Positions 1 through 9,228 of a stretch of 64,000 nucleotides of DNA are shown piece by piece. The DNA lies in NCBI GenBank assembly GCA_945873955.1, contig CAMCFA010000006.1:1759-65758 (forward strand), written 5' to 3'. The translations under genes were made by a program, and so were the position numbers. Within the stretch, counting starts at the first letter, position 1. Each line of letters opens with the position of its first letter. The notes beneath the pieces were generated by a model. That model did no database searches and had not been told where the DNA came from. It saw only the letters and a list, made by a program, of their open reading frames with translations. This stretch comes from an uncultured Clostridia bacterium (GTDB lineage Bacteria > Bacillota > Clostridia > Oscillospirales > Ruminococcaceae).

Positions 1-38
1 AGACTTTGTCTATAATGTGATTAAGAATTAGTATTATA
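1..38 (+). repeat. Partial 3-prime end (copy A) of the multi-hairpin intergenic repeat family, truncated by the window edge
   Basis: agac-ttt-gtctata half palindrome followed by gtgattaagaattagtattata, matching the 3-prime ends of the copies at 38450-38609 and 45991-46181. Confidence 0.8.
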
Positions 39-192
39 TAAATTCCGGGCAGATCGTCTTTACTATATATGTTTACAGCCCAAAAATGGTATAGTTTCCC
101 CAATATTCTTATTATTATTATACACGCACCGCGGTTTTTTGTCAATAGGAAAATTCATATTTATTCCTAATTTATATTGAAATATTCAATAA

Positions 193-1245
193 TTACATGA
201 TCCTCTTAGCCATTATCTCCGGGTTGTAGGCATAATCCACCGCAGTCTGGGCGGTTATCTTTCCGTCACGGTAGAGCTTGGCAATGCAGCTATCCATAGT
301 CTGCATTCCGTCCGAGGACTGCAAAATCGTGTCGATCTGGTGAGTTTTCTCGTCCCGGATAAGCGTGCGGATAGCGCTGTTAGATGTCATTATCTCAAAT
401 GCCGGGATCAGCCCGCCGTCCAACGACGGAAGAAGCTGCTGACACACAACAGCGTTCAGCACCATAGAAAGCTGCACCCTGATCTGGTGCTGCTGATTGA
501 TCGGGAACACGTCGATTATACGGTCTATCGTGTTCGCAGCGCCCAGCGTGTGCAGAGTTGACAGCACAAGCTGCCCGGTCTCCGCCGCCGTCATCGCAAT
601 GCTGATAGTTTCGTAATCACGCATTTCGCCGAGCAGGATAACGTCCGGCGACTGCCGCAGTGCCGCTCTGAGCGCGTCGATGTAGCTCTCGGTGTCGATA
701 TTTATCTCACGCTGGCTGACAATGCACTTGTTGTGCTTGTGCAGGAACTCGATAGGATCCTCTATCGTGATTATATGCCCCTGCCGGGTCTGGTTGATAC
801 GGTCTATAATGCAGGAAAGCGTGGTGGACTTACCGCTGCTGGCAACACCGGTGATAAGCACGATACCGCTCTTGCTCTCCGCAAGCTGCATGACCTGCTC
901 CGGTATGCCCAGCTTCACGGGATCCGGCAGTTCGAAAGGCACATACCTCAGCACCGCCGAATAGGAGCTTCTCTGCTTGTAGATATTCGCTCTGAATCTG
1001 CCTATGCCGGCAACGGAGATAGAAAAATCCTTTTCCCGCTCCAGCATTGTTTTTCCGTCAATTTCGATCTTCGCCAGACGGCAGATCTGGAACACCAGAT
1101 TCTTTGTGTCCTCCGGAGTCAAGGGCGTAGGGTCTATCTCGAACATTTTGCCCTGCGCCTTGTAACATAACGTCGCTCCGGATACAATGAAAATATCCGC
1201 CGCATGATTTTCCGCCGCCGTCTTAAGAATGTCAAGAATATGCAT
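193..1245 (-). CDS. pilT: PilT-family type IV pilus retraction ATPase
   Basis: 350 aa. Walker A GVASSGKSTT, Walker B/Asp box ILLGEMRD, PilT signature AIRTLIRDEKTHQI. Last gene of a coupled operon. Confidence 0.9.
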   Translation of the reverse strand: MHILDILKTAAENHAADIFIVSGATLCYKAQGKMFEIDPTPLTPEDTKNLVFQICRLAKIEIDGKTMLEREKDFSISVAGIGRFRANIYKQRSSYSAVLRYVPFELPDPVKLGIPEQVMQLAESKSGIVLITGVASSGKSTTLSCIIDRINQTRQGHIITIEDPIEFLHKHNKCIVSQREINIDTESYIDALRAALRQSPDVILLGEMRDYETISIAMTAAETGQLVLSTLHTLGAANTIDRIIDVFPINQQHQIRVQLSMVLNAVVCQQLLPSLDGGLIPAFEIMTSNSAIRTLIRDEKTHQIDTILQSSDGMQTMDSCIAKLYRDGKITAQTAVDYAYNPEIMAKRIM

Positions 1246-1264
1246 TATTTTTCTCCTTTTTTTA

Positions 1265-1795
1265 TCAGTCGATATCTCCGCCGTCCCAGACGTTCTGGTG
1301 ACTGTCGCCGGAGGTTTCCTCAGTTGTGGTCTTCCAAGTCAGTATCTCGTACCTGTCCTCATTATAAGCACTCTGGAACAGCACGCTCACCGACAGCTTC
1401 TGGCGGCTGTTCAGGTCCACCGAATAGTCCACCTGGACGCACTCTCTGCCGTCCCGTACCGTTTTCTCCGCCGTACCGCCGGATATCTCCCGCGCCGCCT
1501 CCGCGAACTCCCCGAAGAAGTCAAAGCCGCCGGTGAGCTGCGCCGATTTAAAGTCCAGCTCCGAGAGTATCTTTTTAGCCTGCATATCTGCTGCGTAATA
1601 CTGCTGGGTGAACTGCTCCCCCCGCTCGCTCAGCCGATTGTTTGAATACGCCGCCTGAAAGCTCAGCACCGCGAAAATCGTCAGACATATCACCGTGAAT
1701 ATCAGCATTATTGAGATATACCCCACCCCGACAATGCCGCCGGAGCTTTTCTTGCTGCGGGTCTCGCCGCTCCCGCCAAAGTTCTCCTTAGTCAA
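1265..1795 (-). CDS. Membrane-anchored hypothetical protein of the pilus operon (possible minor pseudopilin or PilO-like)
   Basis: ORF-track 1265..1840. A TTG at 1795 overlaps the upstream stop (TTGACTAA) and follows GGGGAGG, so it is the more likely start. Single N-terminal TM (IVGVGYISIMLIFTVICLTIFAVLSF). Confidence 0.65.
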   Translation of the reverse strand: MTKENFGGSGETRSKKSSGGIVGVGYISIMLIFTVICLTIFAVLSFQAAYSNNRLSERGEQFTQQYYAADMQAKKILSELDFKSAQLTGGFDFFGEFAEAAREISGGTAEKTVRDGRECVQVDYSVDLNSRQKLSVSVLFQSAYNEDRYEILTWKTTTEETSGDSHQNVWDGGDID

Positions 1796-2252
1796 AATGA
1801 GCCGCCTCCCCTTTCTTCGGGATATACGCGCCGCAGTCAAGCGAATAGAACTCCTCGCCGCGTTTCATAAACACCATTGAAAGCTCAGAGTAGCACCCGA
1901 CCACTGCCGGCTCGCTGCGCTTTTCGGTGAGGACAAGCGTTATCTCCCCGTCCTCTGAGGGCAAAAGCCCCTCGTCAAGCGAAAGCTCGCACCTGCCGTC
2001 TGCGAAAGCTGCCTCGCAGCCAAGCGCCTGTCTGACCGCCCACTCCGCATTGCCGCTGACCGAATAAGCCTCCGCGGCGGACTGCGCCAGTATCTCCGCC
2101 TGCTCCCGCCTGCGCTCGTCCCGCTCAAGACCGTCCGCCCCCGCGAATACCCGGATTATCACCGTGAATGAAATTACAAAAAACAGCAGCGCAATGATCA
2201 TTTCCGCAAACAGCAGATTGTTTGATTTTCTGTAAGTTTTCAGTAGGATCAC
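1788..2252 (-). CDS. Pseudopilin-like protein with a degenerate prepilin N-terminus
   Basis: 154 aa. N-terminus KSNNLLFAEMIIALLFFVISF resembles a class III signal/hydrophobic pilin helix with Glu, but lacks the canonical Gly at -1. GTG start overlaps the upstream stop (GTGA). Confidence 0.65.
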   Translation of the reverse strand: MILLKTYRKSNNLLFAEMIIALLFFVISFTVIIRVFAGADGLERDERRREQAEILAQSAAEAYSVSGNAEWAVRQALGCEAAFADGRCELSLDEGLLPSEDGEITLVLTEKRSEPAVVGCYSELSMVFMKRGEEFYSLDCGAYIPKKGEAAHFD

Positions 2253-2746
2253 CCTTTCCGCACCAGCATTGAGGAGCTTTCGCCCCCGCTGCGGACTGTT
2301 ATTTCGTACAGACCGTCCCGCTCGGTTATCAGCATTGAGTCAATGGCAGATATCCTGTCGCCGCCGTCCGCTGAAACCAGATCGTCCGTGGCGGAATTCT
2401 TCTCATACAGCCCGTCGCTGCCGCAGTATATCACGCTCACCATGCCGCCGGATTCCACCGCCGCCGCAGTCCCGTCCTCGAATATCGTGACGTTATCCGC
2501 AGAGCGCAGCTTGTTTGAAATGTACTTCATTGAAGTCACCGTGCCGAATGACTGCTGATAGCCGCTCTTTATCCTGCCGTAGGTGTCGGCAGCCACGGCG
2601 ACCGCCATAAGCATACACAGCGCAAACAGCACGAACAGCAGCATGCTCCCCACCGCAGAGGCGGTGTCCGCAAGGCTGCGCACACGGTATTCAGAGCCGT
2701 TCAAAGCAGCTTTCCGGCGGCTCTCCGGGCTTCTGTCGCTTGTCAT
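2249..2746 (-). CDS. Membrane-anchored hypothetical protein of the pilus operon
   Basis: 165 aa. One TM (MLLFVLFALCMLMAVAVAA) followed by a soluble domain. Start is 1 nt after the upstream stop. Confidence 0.65.
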   Translation of the reverse strand: MTSDRSPESRRKAALNGSEYRVRSLADTASAVGSMLLFVLFALCMLMAVAVAADTYGRIKSGYQQSFGTVTSMKYISNKLRSADNVTIFEDGTAAAVESGGMVSVIYCGSDGLYEKNSATDDLVSADGGDRISAIDSMLITERDGLYEITVRSGGESSSMLVRKG

Positions 2747-2747
2747 A

Positions 2748-3059
2748 TCAGTTCTCCCTTTCTATCACAGTGACCGTCGGGCGGACGTTGTCCGCGAAGC
2801 ACTCGTAATGAACGATATACCGTTCCTTGTCGTACACCACGCCGTAGCTTTCCGTGAGGTAGTCAAGGCTCATAGGATAAGCACCCTCCGCCGCATAGCA
2901 CAGCGTAAGCCCGTTTTCCACCGACTGCCGCACCTGCATGAGCCGCTCCTCGTCCGAAGCGCCGGAGGCATTCCCCAGCGCCAGCACAAGCCAAAGAATC
3001 AATGCCGCGAACAGCACTATCCCCAGCACAACAGGGACGGCGGACATAAAACGTTTCAT
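2748..3059 (-). CDS. Small membrane-anchored hypothetical protein of the pilus operon
   Basis: 103 aa. N-terminal TM (AVPVVLGIVLFAALILWLVLAL). Lies between pilC and the pseudopilin-like genes. Confidence 0.6.
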   Translation of the reverse strand: MKRFMSAVPVVLGIVLFAALILWLVLALGNASGASDEERLMQVRQSVENGLTLCYAAEGAYPMSLDYLTESYGVVYDKERYIVHYECFADNVRPTVTVIEREN

Positions 3060-3081
3060 ATTATCACTCCGTTCCGCTCTG

Positions 3082-4131
3082 TCAGCCCAGCACCGACATA
3101 ATGTTCATCAGCGGTATCATCAGCATCATAAGTATCGCGCCGATAAGCAGCCCCAGTATCACGATTATAGCCGGCTCTATCACCGCGGTGATGTTCATAA
3201 GACTGCGGGAGGCTTCCTCGCTGTAAGTCGCGCTTATCTTCTTCCACACCGATTCAAAGCAGCCGGAGTTGTACGCCAGCTTCAGCGAACGGGCGTACAG
3301 CGGCGGCAGGAGCCTGCTCTCTATTATCGCGTCGGGGAAGCTCTCGCCGTCCATTACCCGCTTTTCGCAGTCGTCAAATTTCGCGGCAAGCCGCCTGTCG
3401 CGGATAAAGCTGCGGATATTGGAATGAAGCAGCATTTCCGCAGGAGAAAGCCCCGCTGAAACCGAAATGCTTACCGCCTTTGTCATGTCGGAAAGCGCCA
3501 GCTTCTCTGAGATACCCCTTGTCAGCGGGAACGCCGAAGCAACCCGCCGCAGGAACTCCCCGGACTTACCGAACACAGACAGCAGCGCGATCCCCGCAGA
3601 TATCACGATTATCGCCAGCAGCACTATCATAATGACGATACCCGTGTTGTACGCAAGACTTATCGTCTGCTGAACGGCAGCGTTCACCGAGCTGTCGAAC
3701 TGCGAGAAAATATCCCCGAACATAGGGATAACCGCAACGACCAGCACGATTATCACCGCTGTCATCATCAGCAGAAGCACCATGGGGTGCAGCACTGCGG
3801 AGCGCAGCGTCCTGCGGATATCGTCACGTTCCTCATAGTACTCCGCAAGCCCCCGGAGCACCTCCTCCAGCTTGCCGTTAAGCTCGCCCAGCTTCACCAT
3901 GTCCGCCGCGTAGTCCGGGAATCTCCCGGTGCTGTGCATAGCTTCGGAAAGCGGCACGCCCTTGTCCGTCCGCTCAGATATCTCAGCGCAGACGCTTTTC
4001 AGAGTATTGTCGCCGGAGTCAACGCACAGCAGCTCCAGTCCGTCGGAAATGCCCATTCCCGAACTAAGTATCATAGAAAGCTGGTCGCACAGAAACTCGA
4101 CCTGAGCATAGTTCAGCTTTTTCTTTCTCAT
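3082..4131 (-). CDS. pilC: Type II secretion/type IV pilus platform protein (GspF/PilC family)
   Basis: About 349 aa with two GspF-like repeats and 3 TM blocks. ORF-track start is GTG 4134. ATG 4131 has better spacing to GGAGG. Confidence 0.85.
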   Translation of the reverse strand: MRKKKLNYAQVEFLCDQLSMILSSGMGISDGLELLCVDSGDNTLKSVCAEISERTDKGVPLSEAMHSTGRFPDYAADMVKLGELNGKLEEVLRGLAEYYEERDDIRRTLRSAVLHPMVLLLMMTAVIIVLVVAVIPMFGDIFSQFDSSVNAAVQQTISLAYNTGIVIMIVLLAIIVISAGIALLSVFGKSGEFLRRVASAFPLTRGISEKLALSDMTKAVSISVSAGLSPAEMLLHSNIRSFIRDRRLAAKFDDCEKRVMDGESFPDAIIESRLLPPLYARSLKLAYNSGCFESVWKKISATYSEEASRSLMNITAVIEPAIIVILGLLIGAILMMLMIPLMNIMSVLG

Positions 4132-4159
4132 CACATTACCTCCGCCATGACTTCAGGTC

Positions 4160-4448
4160 ACCTCTAAAAACCTCTTGTGAGCAAAGATGTGCAGTGCAAA
4201 CCATCTTCTTCTGTCAATAAGCGAAAGCATATCGGCGACGGCGTCCGTGCCGTCGCTTTGGGCTTTCGCTTCGCAACATCGTGTTGCACCTCCTCGTAAG
4301 GCACAAACACGATGTTTGTCTGTTGCCCCAAAAGGGCGGCATGGACGCCGCCCAATCAAGGGCAACATGATACAGCCTTGCGGCGTCGGCTTTCCATGAA
4401 TCTGGTTCACCCTGCCCATTTTTGCTTTTCACAACGGTTTTTAGAGGT
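4160..4448. repeat. 289-bp element with ~30-bp imperfect terminal inverted repeats and at least five nested/serial GC-rich hairpins (E1)
   Basis: Left end acctctaaaaacc-tcttgtgagcaaag versus the reverse complement of the right end acctctaaaaacc-gttgtgaaaagcaa. Internal stems: 4221-4228/4262-4269, 4235-4242/4249-4256, 4275-4285/4306-4316, 4322-4328/4360-4366, 4334-4340/4347-4353. Confidence 0.75.
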
Positions 4449-4453
4449 TCCCA

Positions 4454-5686
4454 TCAGTAATAATACAGCGCGGAATAATTTCCGCCGTTTGATATGTATT
4501 CAGCAGCCTTGTTCTTGTCAGAATAGCCTGCATAAAACGTCGAATCAAGCAGATTGTAGCCGTATTTCGACAGCAGCAGCTCCGGGGTGATCCAGCCGGT
4601 CTCCTCGGTGTATACCTCGTTCCACGCGTGGTAGATGTCCGGCGAAGCATACCCCACCACCAGCCGCGCTGGGATACCCTGCGACCGGGTCATAGCCGCC
4701 AGCAGCGAAGCGTAGTCGAAGCATATCCCGGACTTCTTGGCAAGCACCGAATCCGGGTCTGGAACGTAGCCGTCCTGCACCGTCGCCGCAAGCTGCTTGT
4801 CGTAGGTCACGTTGTCGGTTATCCACTGGAATACCGCCGCCAGCTTCTCTATCGTGTCGGTCCTTCCGGCGCAAAGCTCCGCAGCCTTTTTCACCACCGC
4901 CGACTGCGCGCTGAAATCCACATACTTGTTCGGGTAGAGGAACGGCGAGGTTTCCCGGCTTATCGGCGCGGTAAACTCCTGCTCCATTGCCTTGATGAAT
5001 TTGTTCCCCTCGGTCTGCTCGTAGAGCTGCGCCTTATAAGTGCCGCTGCCGCAGGAAAGCGGGAAATACTCCGTCTTTCCGGGGGTAACGTCGTGGTCGT
5101 ACACCTTGTCGCCGAATATCAGCCTTAGCTTCACCAGCTTGCCGGAATCCTTCCAGCTCACCGAAATATACCCCTCCGCCGCGTTGCTGTAATCCAGCAC
5201 AGCCTTTTCGTCAGAGGTCGTTTCCACCCCCGGTGAAAGCGGCACTTTAATGTCCGGTATCACGACCTTGACCGGCTCAGTGGGCTGTATCACCTCGACC
5301 GGAGCAGCCGACGTAGTCTGGGCTGTCGTTGCGGCAGAAGTCACCTCCGGTTCGGGAGCGGCTTCCGTCTGCTCCGCAGTGTACAACTGTTCCTCTGTAA
5401 GCTCCGCACCGAGGACGTCCTCTGTTTCGCCGCACTGCTCCGTGGGCTGGGAAGTCCTGTCTGTTTCCTCTGCGCTGTCAGCCGCCGCGGGCTGATCCTC
5501 GGTGTCTATCGTTGCAAACGCCAGTTCCTCCGCCGTTTCCCCGCCCGAAGCCGCGCTGACTTCTGCGGACTGCGTAGCTGCGGGGACAGATCCCTGCGAA
5601 CTCAGTCCTGTATTTCCCCCGCAGCCGGAAAGCAGCGCCAAAGCCAGCGCCGCCGCCAGAAGCCGCGAAGTATTCCTCTTGTCCAT
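4454..5686 (-). CDS. Lipoprotein with a C-terminal transglutaminase-like cysteine protease domain
   Basis: 410 aa. Signal peptide with lipobox LLSGC, a low-complexity Ala/Thr/Glu linker, and a transglutaminase core GICFDYASL...HAWNEVY. Confidence 0.8.
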   Translation of the reverse strand: MDKRNTSRLLAAALALALLSGCGGNTGLSSQGSVPAATQSAEVSAASGGETAEELAFATIDTEDQPAAADSAEETDRTSQPTEQCGETEDVLGAELTEEQLYTAEQTEAAPEPEVTSAATTAQTTSAAPVEVIQPTEPVKVVIPDIKVPLSPGVETTSDEKAVLDYSNAAEGYISVSWKDSGKLVKLRLIFGDKVYDHDVTPGKTEYFPLSCGSGTYKAQLYEQTEGNKFIKAMEQEFTAPISRETSPFLYPNKYVDFSAQSAVVKKAAELCAGRTDTIEKLAAVFQWITDNVTYDKQLAATVQDGYVPDPDSVLAKKSGICFDYASLLAAMTRSQGIPARLVVGYASPDIYHAWNEVYTEETGWITPELLLSKYGYNLLDSTFYAGYSDKNKAAEYISNGGNYSALYYY

Positions 5687-5719
5687 AAGACCCGCCCCCT
5701 TTCAGCAGAATTTCAGCGT

Positions 5720-8700
5720 TCAGCGGTCAAGCCGCAGATTTCTCAGCAGCAGGTAGTTATCGTCCACCGTGCTGAATACTCTCCGGCTGCTACCCGCAAG
5801 TATCTCATTGATGTATTCCCCGGTCTGCCGGTAGAACTCGTCCTCGTAATGTACGATATGCGCCCCGCCCAGCGGGAAGCTGTCCGAGGAGTAAAAATGC
5901 TTCGAGATGTCAATGACATAACACCCGGTAACGCTGGCGAAACGCTCCTCGCACAGCGAAATGAACTTCTTTTTTATCTCGAACATGCCGTCGTCCTCCA
6001 GCGGCGCAAGGCGGTAGTCAAGGTCGATATACATGTTCTTCGGCTCTGTCTTGATAAGGATTATATGCTCGCCGTATTTTTCAAGTATCATCTCGGCGAA
6101 TCTCGTCATTGTTTCAAAACAGTACTTCATGTCCCGCTTCTCAAACAGATAACATTCAGTACATTCCGGCTTAATTTCCTTGTAGAAATCCGTCCGGCAG
6201 ATAAAATCGTCGATTTCAAACAGTGCGCCGTGATAGTCCGCCATGCGGCTGATGAGGTCGTAGAGATCCAGCAGGATCCACCGTGACTCGCTGCCCTTGA
6301 TGTCCGCGTCGCCGCTTCGCATGAACGAATCCCGCATGGTACGCCTTCGCCACTTGTTTCCGCAGAATTTCTCCGTACCTTCCGGGAACCCGACCTCAAT
6401 GGGCGGCTCAAACGCCAGTATCGGCGACTGCTTGAAAATGTATGTGCCGATGTACGCGTCCTTGCTGCGGTTTGCGGACTCTCTCGAAACGCAGCTCCCC
6501 CAGATATCCAGAGTCATGCGGTTCAGCGCGGTGATGTACCGTTTCATCTGCGGCTTACCGCGAAGCAGGAACACAAGCTCCGCGCTGTCCTCGTTCACCG
6601 AAGCGCCTATCTCCGCCGAAAGCAGCCTTACCATTTTCCGGATTATGCTGTAATGTCCCCGGAACGCCGGCGCAAAGAACTCGTATGAGCGGTCAAGGTG
6701 TCCGTTCAGCAGCGCATGAATGATATCCGCCGCCTGAACTATCTCCTCAGCGCCGCTATCTCCCTCGAAAAACTCCCGGACGTGCGTCAGCTCTGAACTG
6801 CCAGCGCGTTTCAGCCGTATCAGCCGCTCGCTGTTCCGGGCGGCGAATTCCGCAGAGGTGTAGGCTATGATCTGATCCGCGGCGCAGTCCATGTCCAGCA
6901 GCCAGCTCTGGTAGGCTCTGGCGGTCATGCTGCCGTAATATTTCATCACCCGCTCGAACCACAACCGTTCGTCCGGCTGGGAAACAAAACTGCGCCCCGT
7001 GCCGGCGGTGAGCTGCTCTGCGGCGCGGTAGGCGTCAAGGTAGTACGCCTCCTCAAAGCCGACCGGCGAATCCTCCTGCACGAAATAATGCTCCGATAAG
7101 TCCACAATGAGCGGCTTCGCAAGCGTGATGAAGTAGTCCTCCATTGCCCGCATAAGTCGGTTGACGCTCGCTTTCGGTGAGCGGTTACGCAGCTCGCCGT
7201 ATTTGACCGAATGCTCCCCGAACCTGTGCCGGAACAGAATGATACGCTCCCCCGGCATGACCGACAGCAGCCGTTCGGTGTAGTTTTTTATCAGCGGTTT
7301 CCACACCGACTCGCCGAAGGGCGGGTTTATCTTGGTGAATTTATCACTGTTGTCCTTGTAGAATTTCGATTTCTTGAAGCTCTTAGACCCGGTGAAGAAG
7401 CAGGGTTCCTCGCCTATCTCGCCCTCCAGCTTATAGCACGCCACAGTTGCCGCGGTGTAGAAATCCACAGCAACAAAGTCCGGTGCCGATTCAGCCACCG
7501 CCGCGGCGATATCCTTTTCAATATCCAGCCGCAGCCTGTCCTCCGCGATACCCTCCGCGTCAGCCTTTTTAGTGCAGCCTAGCGATATCTGGGACAGCAG
7601 CAGCGCAGTTCTGTCCTGCCGGAATCCCGTCCCGGATTTGAATATCCTGTTCAGTAGCACCGACCCGCTGAGGAACACCTTCGGACGATAGTGGAAATGC
7701 CTTATGCCCTCTCCCATGACCGTCTGGGTGCGCTGGAATGAGCGGCTGCTCTCCCCGCTGTACGGCGGGAATACCGGCAGTATCTCCGCGCCCCAGTCCC
7801 TGTCCTCCGTCATGCAGGGGATATAGGACACCTTAGTCTGTATTCCGCTGTCTGAACGCCGCAGCTCCGCCCGGAGTATCACCCCGTCGCGGTTGCCGTC
7901 GATTTCCGACATGGTGCTTAGGAAATTACCCAGCGAATAAGCGCAGGGAACTTTCCTGCCGTCCGCAGACTTCACCCAGCCGAAGCGCTGTACCATGTGC
8001 GGGTGCGACCCGATAATGATATCCGCCCCGGCGTCCGCCATGAACTGCGCCTCCTGCACCTGCGACTTTCTCACCCGCGCGGAGTTCATGCAGCCCCAGT
8101 GCTGGTACGCGGCGATATACTCCGCGCCCTCAGCTTTGGCGCGGTTCACAAGCTCTGTAAAATAATCCCGGCTGTATATCCCGGCGGGATTTACGCAGAT
8201 TATCTCCCCGTCCTCCGAAAGACAGCCCTCGGTGTTGTTGGATATCATTGTGCAGGCGATCAGAGCGATTCTGAAGCCCTTTATGTCCAGAATCACCGGA
8301 TTCTCCCCCAGCGTGCCGACATTCCTCATGCCGCAGCGCCTTATCTCCGCCGCGGTAGCACGAAGCCCCTCCGCGCCGCCGTCGCAGCTATGGTTGTTCG
8401 CGGTTACAAGCACATCAAACCCCGCCGAAGCCGCCGCCGGCACAAACGAGGACGGAGAGTTGCAGTTAGGCGAACCTCCGGGCAGACGAAGCAGCTCATG
8501 CTCGTATGGCGCCCCGTCAAAGCAGGAGCACTCAAGCACCCCCGCAGCAAGGTCAGCGCCGGACAGGATATCCCTCACCCGCCGGAATGTATCGTGGAAG
8601 TCATAGCCGTGCGTTTCCGCCGCACGCTGGTGCTTCACTGAGCACATCAGGTCGCCGGTGAACATCAGCACCGCCCGCTCCGAACCATGTACGCGGCTGC

Positions 8701-9214
8701 GCTCCACCTCGATACGGGTGACAAAACGCTGCCCCTCCGCAGTAATAGTGACCGCCGCCGTACCCTTTGACTTCGCGGTGACTGCGCCCTTGTCGTCCAC
8801 CGAAGCCACCGCCGTGTTGTCCGAAGAAAACGCCGCCGCAGGCACGCTGTTGGCAAGCTCCCACTGTATCTGCGCGGTTTCCCCCACTTTCATGCAGAGG
8901 GTGTTCTGCGCCTTTAATTTAACGGAAACAGGGACGAACGGCAGCTTTTCCGTCCGCTTGCCGAGCAGCTCCCTGCCGTCCCTTGTGACGTAGGCGCACA
9001 CCTCCGCAAGGTACTCAGCGCCGTTTTTAAAGCCGAGTATGCCCTTTTCACACTTCTGGGAATATCTTGCTTTTATAACAGTATCCGGAGCTTCCGCCTT
9101 GTAAAAGAAAATGCGGTAGCCCTCCGCGCCGTTTACCTTCTCCCATTTGAGGGAGGCACAGCCGTCCTTTCCCTTTACGCTGAACCCCTCCGGGGCTTTA
9201 AGTACCTCTGCCAT
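5720..9214 (-). CDS. 1164-aa multidomain protein: FN3-like, Big_2-like, CapA/PgsA-type metallophosphatase domain, then two tandem uncharacterised ~280-aa modules
   Basis: FN3-like N-terminus (GCASLKWEKVNGAEGYRIFFY). Ig-like segment (DNTAVASVDDKGAVTAKSKGTAAVTITA). CapA motifs (LMFTGDLM, NNHSCDGG, HWGCM, GSHPH). C-terminal modules share GS-x-V, hhhhD, IILxxxxF and VIDxSxHxx...H/YY patterns. No signal peptide seen. Confidence 0.85.
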   Translation of the reverse strand: MAEVLKAPEGFSVKGKDGCASLKWEKVNGAEGYRIFFYKAEAPDTVIKARYSQKCEKGILGFKNGAEYLAEVCAYVTRDGRELLGKRTEKLPFVPVSVKLKAQNTLCMKVGETAQIQWELANSVPAAAFSSDNTAVASVDDKGAVTAKSKGTAAVTITAEGQRFVTRIEVERSRVHGSERAVLMFTGDLMCSVKHQRAAETHGYDFHDTFRRVRDILSGADLAAGVLECSCFDGAPYEHELLRLPGGSPNCNSPSSFVPAAASAGFDVLVTANNHSCDGGAEGLRATAAEIRRCGMRNVGTLGENPVILDIKGFRIALIACTMISNNTEGCLSEDGEIICVNPAGIYSRDYFTELVNRAKAEGAEYIAAYQHWGCMNSARVRKSQVQEAQFMADAGADIIIGSHPHMVQRFGWVKSADGRKVPCAYSLGNFLSTMSEIDGNRDGVILRAELRRSDSGIQTKVSYIPCMTEDRDWGAEILPVFPPYSGESSRSFQRTQTVMGEGIRHFHYRPKVFLSGSVLLNRIFKSGTGFRQDRTALLLSQISLGCTKKADAEGIAEDRLRLDIEKDIAAAVAESAPDFVAVDFYTAATVACYKLEGEIGEEPCFFTGSKSFKKSKFYKDNSDKFTKINPPFGESVWKPLIKNYTERLLSVMPGERIILFRHRFGEHSVKYGELRNRSPKASVNRLMRAMEDYFITLAKPLIVDLSEHYFVQEDSPVGFEEAYYLDAYRAAEQLTAGTGRSFVSQPDERLWFERVMKYYGSMTARAYQSWLLDMDCAADQIIAYTSAEFAARNSERLIRLKRAGSSELTHVREFFEGDSGAEEIVQAADIIHALLNGHLDRSYEFFAPAFRGHYSIIRKMVRLLSAEIGASVNEDSAELVFLLRGKPQMKRYITALNRMTLDIWGSCVSRESANRSKDAYIGTYIFKQSPILAFEPPIEVGFPEGTEKFCGNKWRRRTMRDSFMRSGDADIKGSESRWILLDLYDLISRMADYHGALFEIDDFICRTDFYKEIKPECTECYLFEKRDMKYCFETMTRFAEMILEKYGEHIILIKTEPKNMYIDLDYRLAPLEDDGMFEIKKKFISLCEERFASVTGCYVIDISKHFYSSDSFPLGGAHIVHYEDEFYRQTGEYINEILAGSSRRVFSTVDDNYLLLRNLRLDR

Positions 9215-9228
9215 CTGCCGAAAACCTC

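Noticed and set aside
4153-4432. Several 63-92-aa ORFs on both strands inside the 4160-4448 element
   Set aside because: Mirror-image ORFs generated by the nested palindromes. They are Arg/Cys-rich with no RBS. I interpret the region as non-coding.
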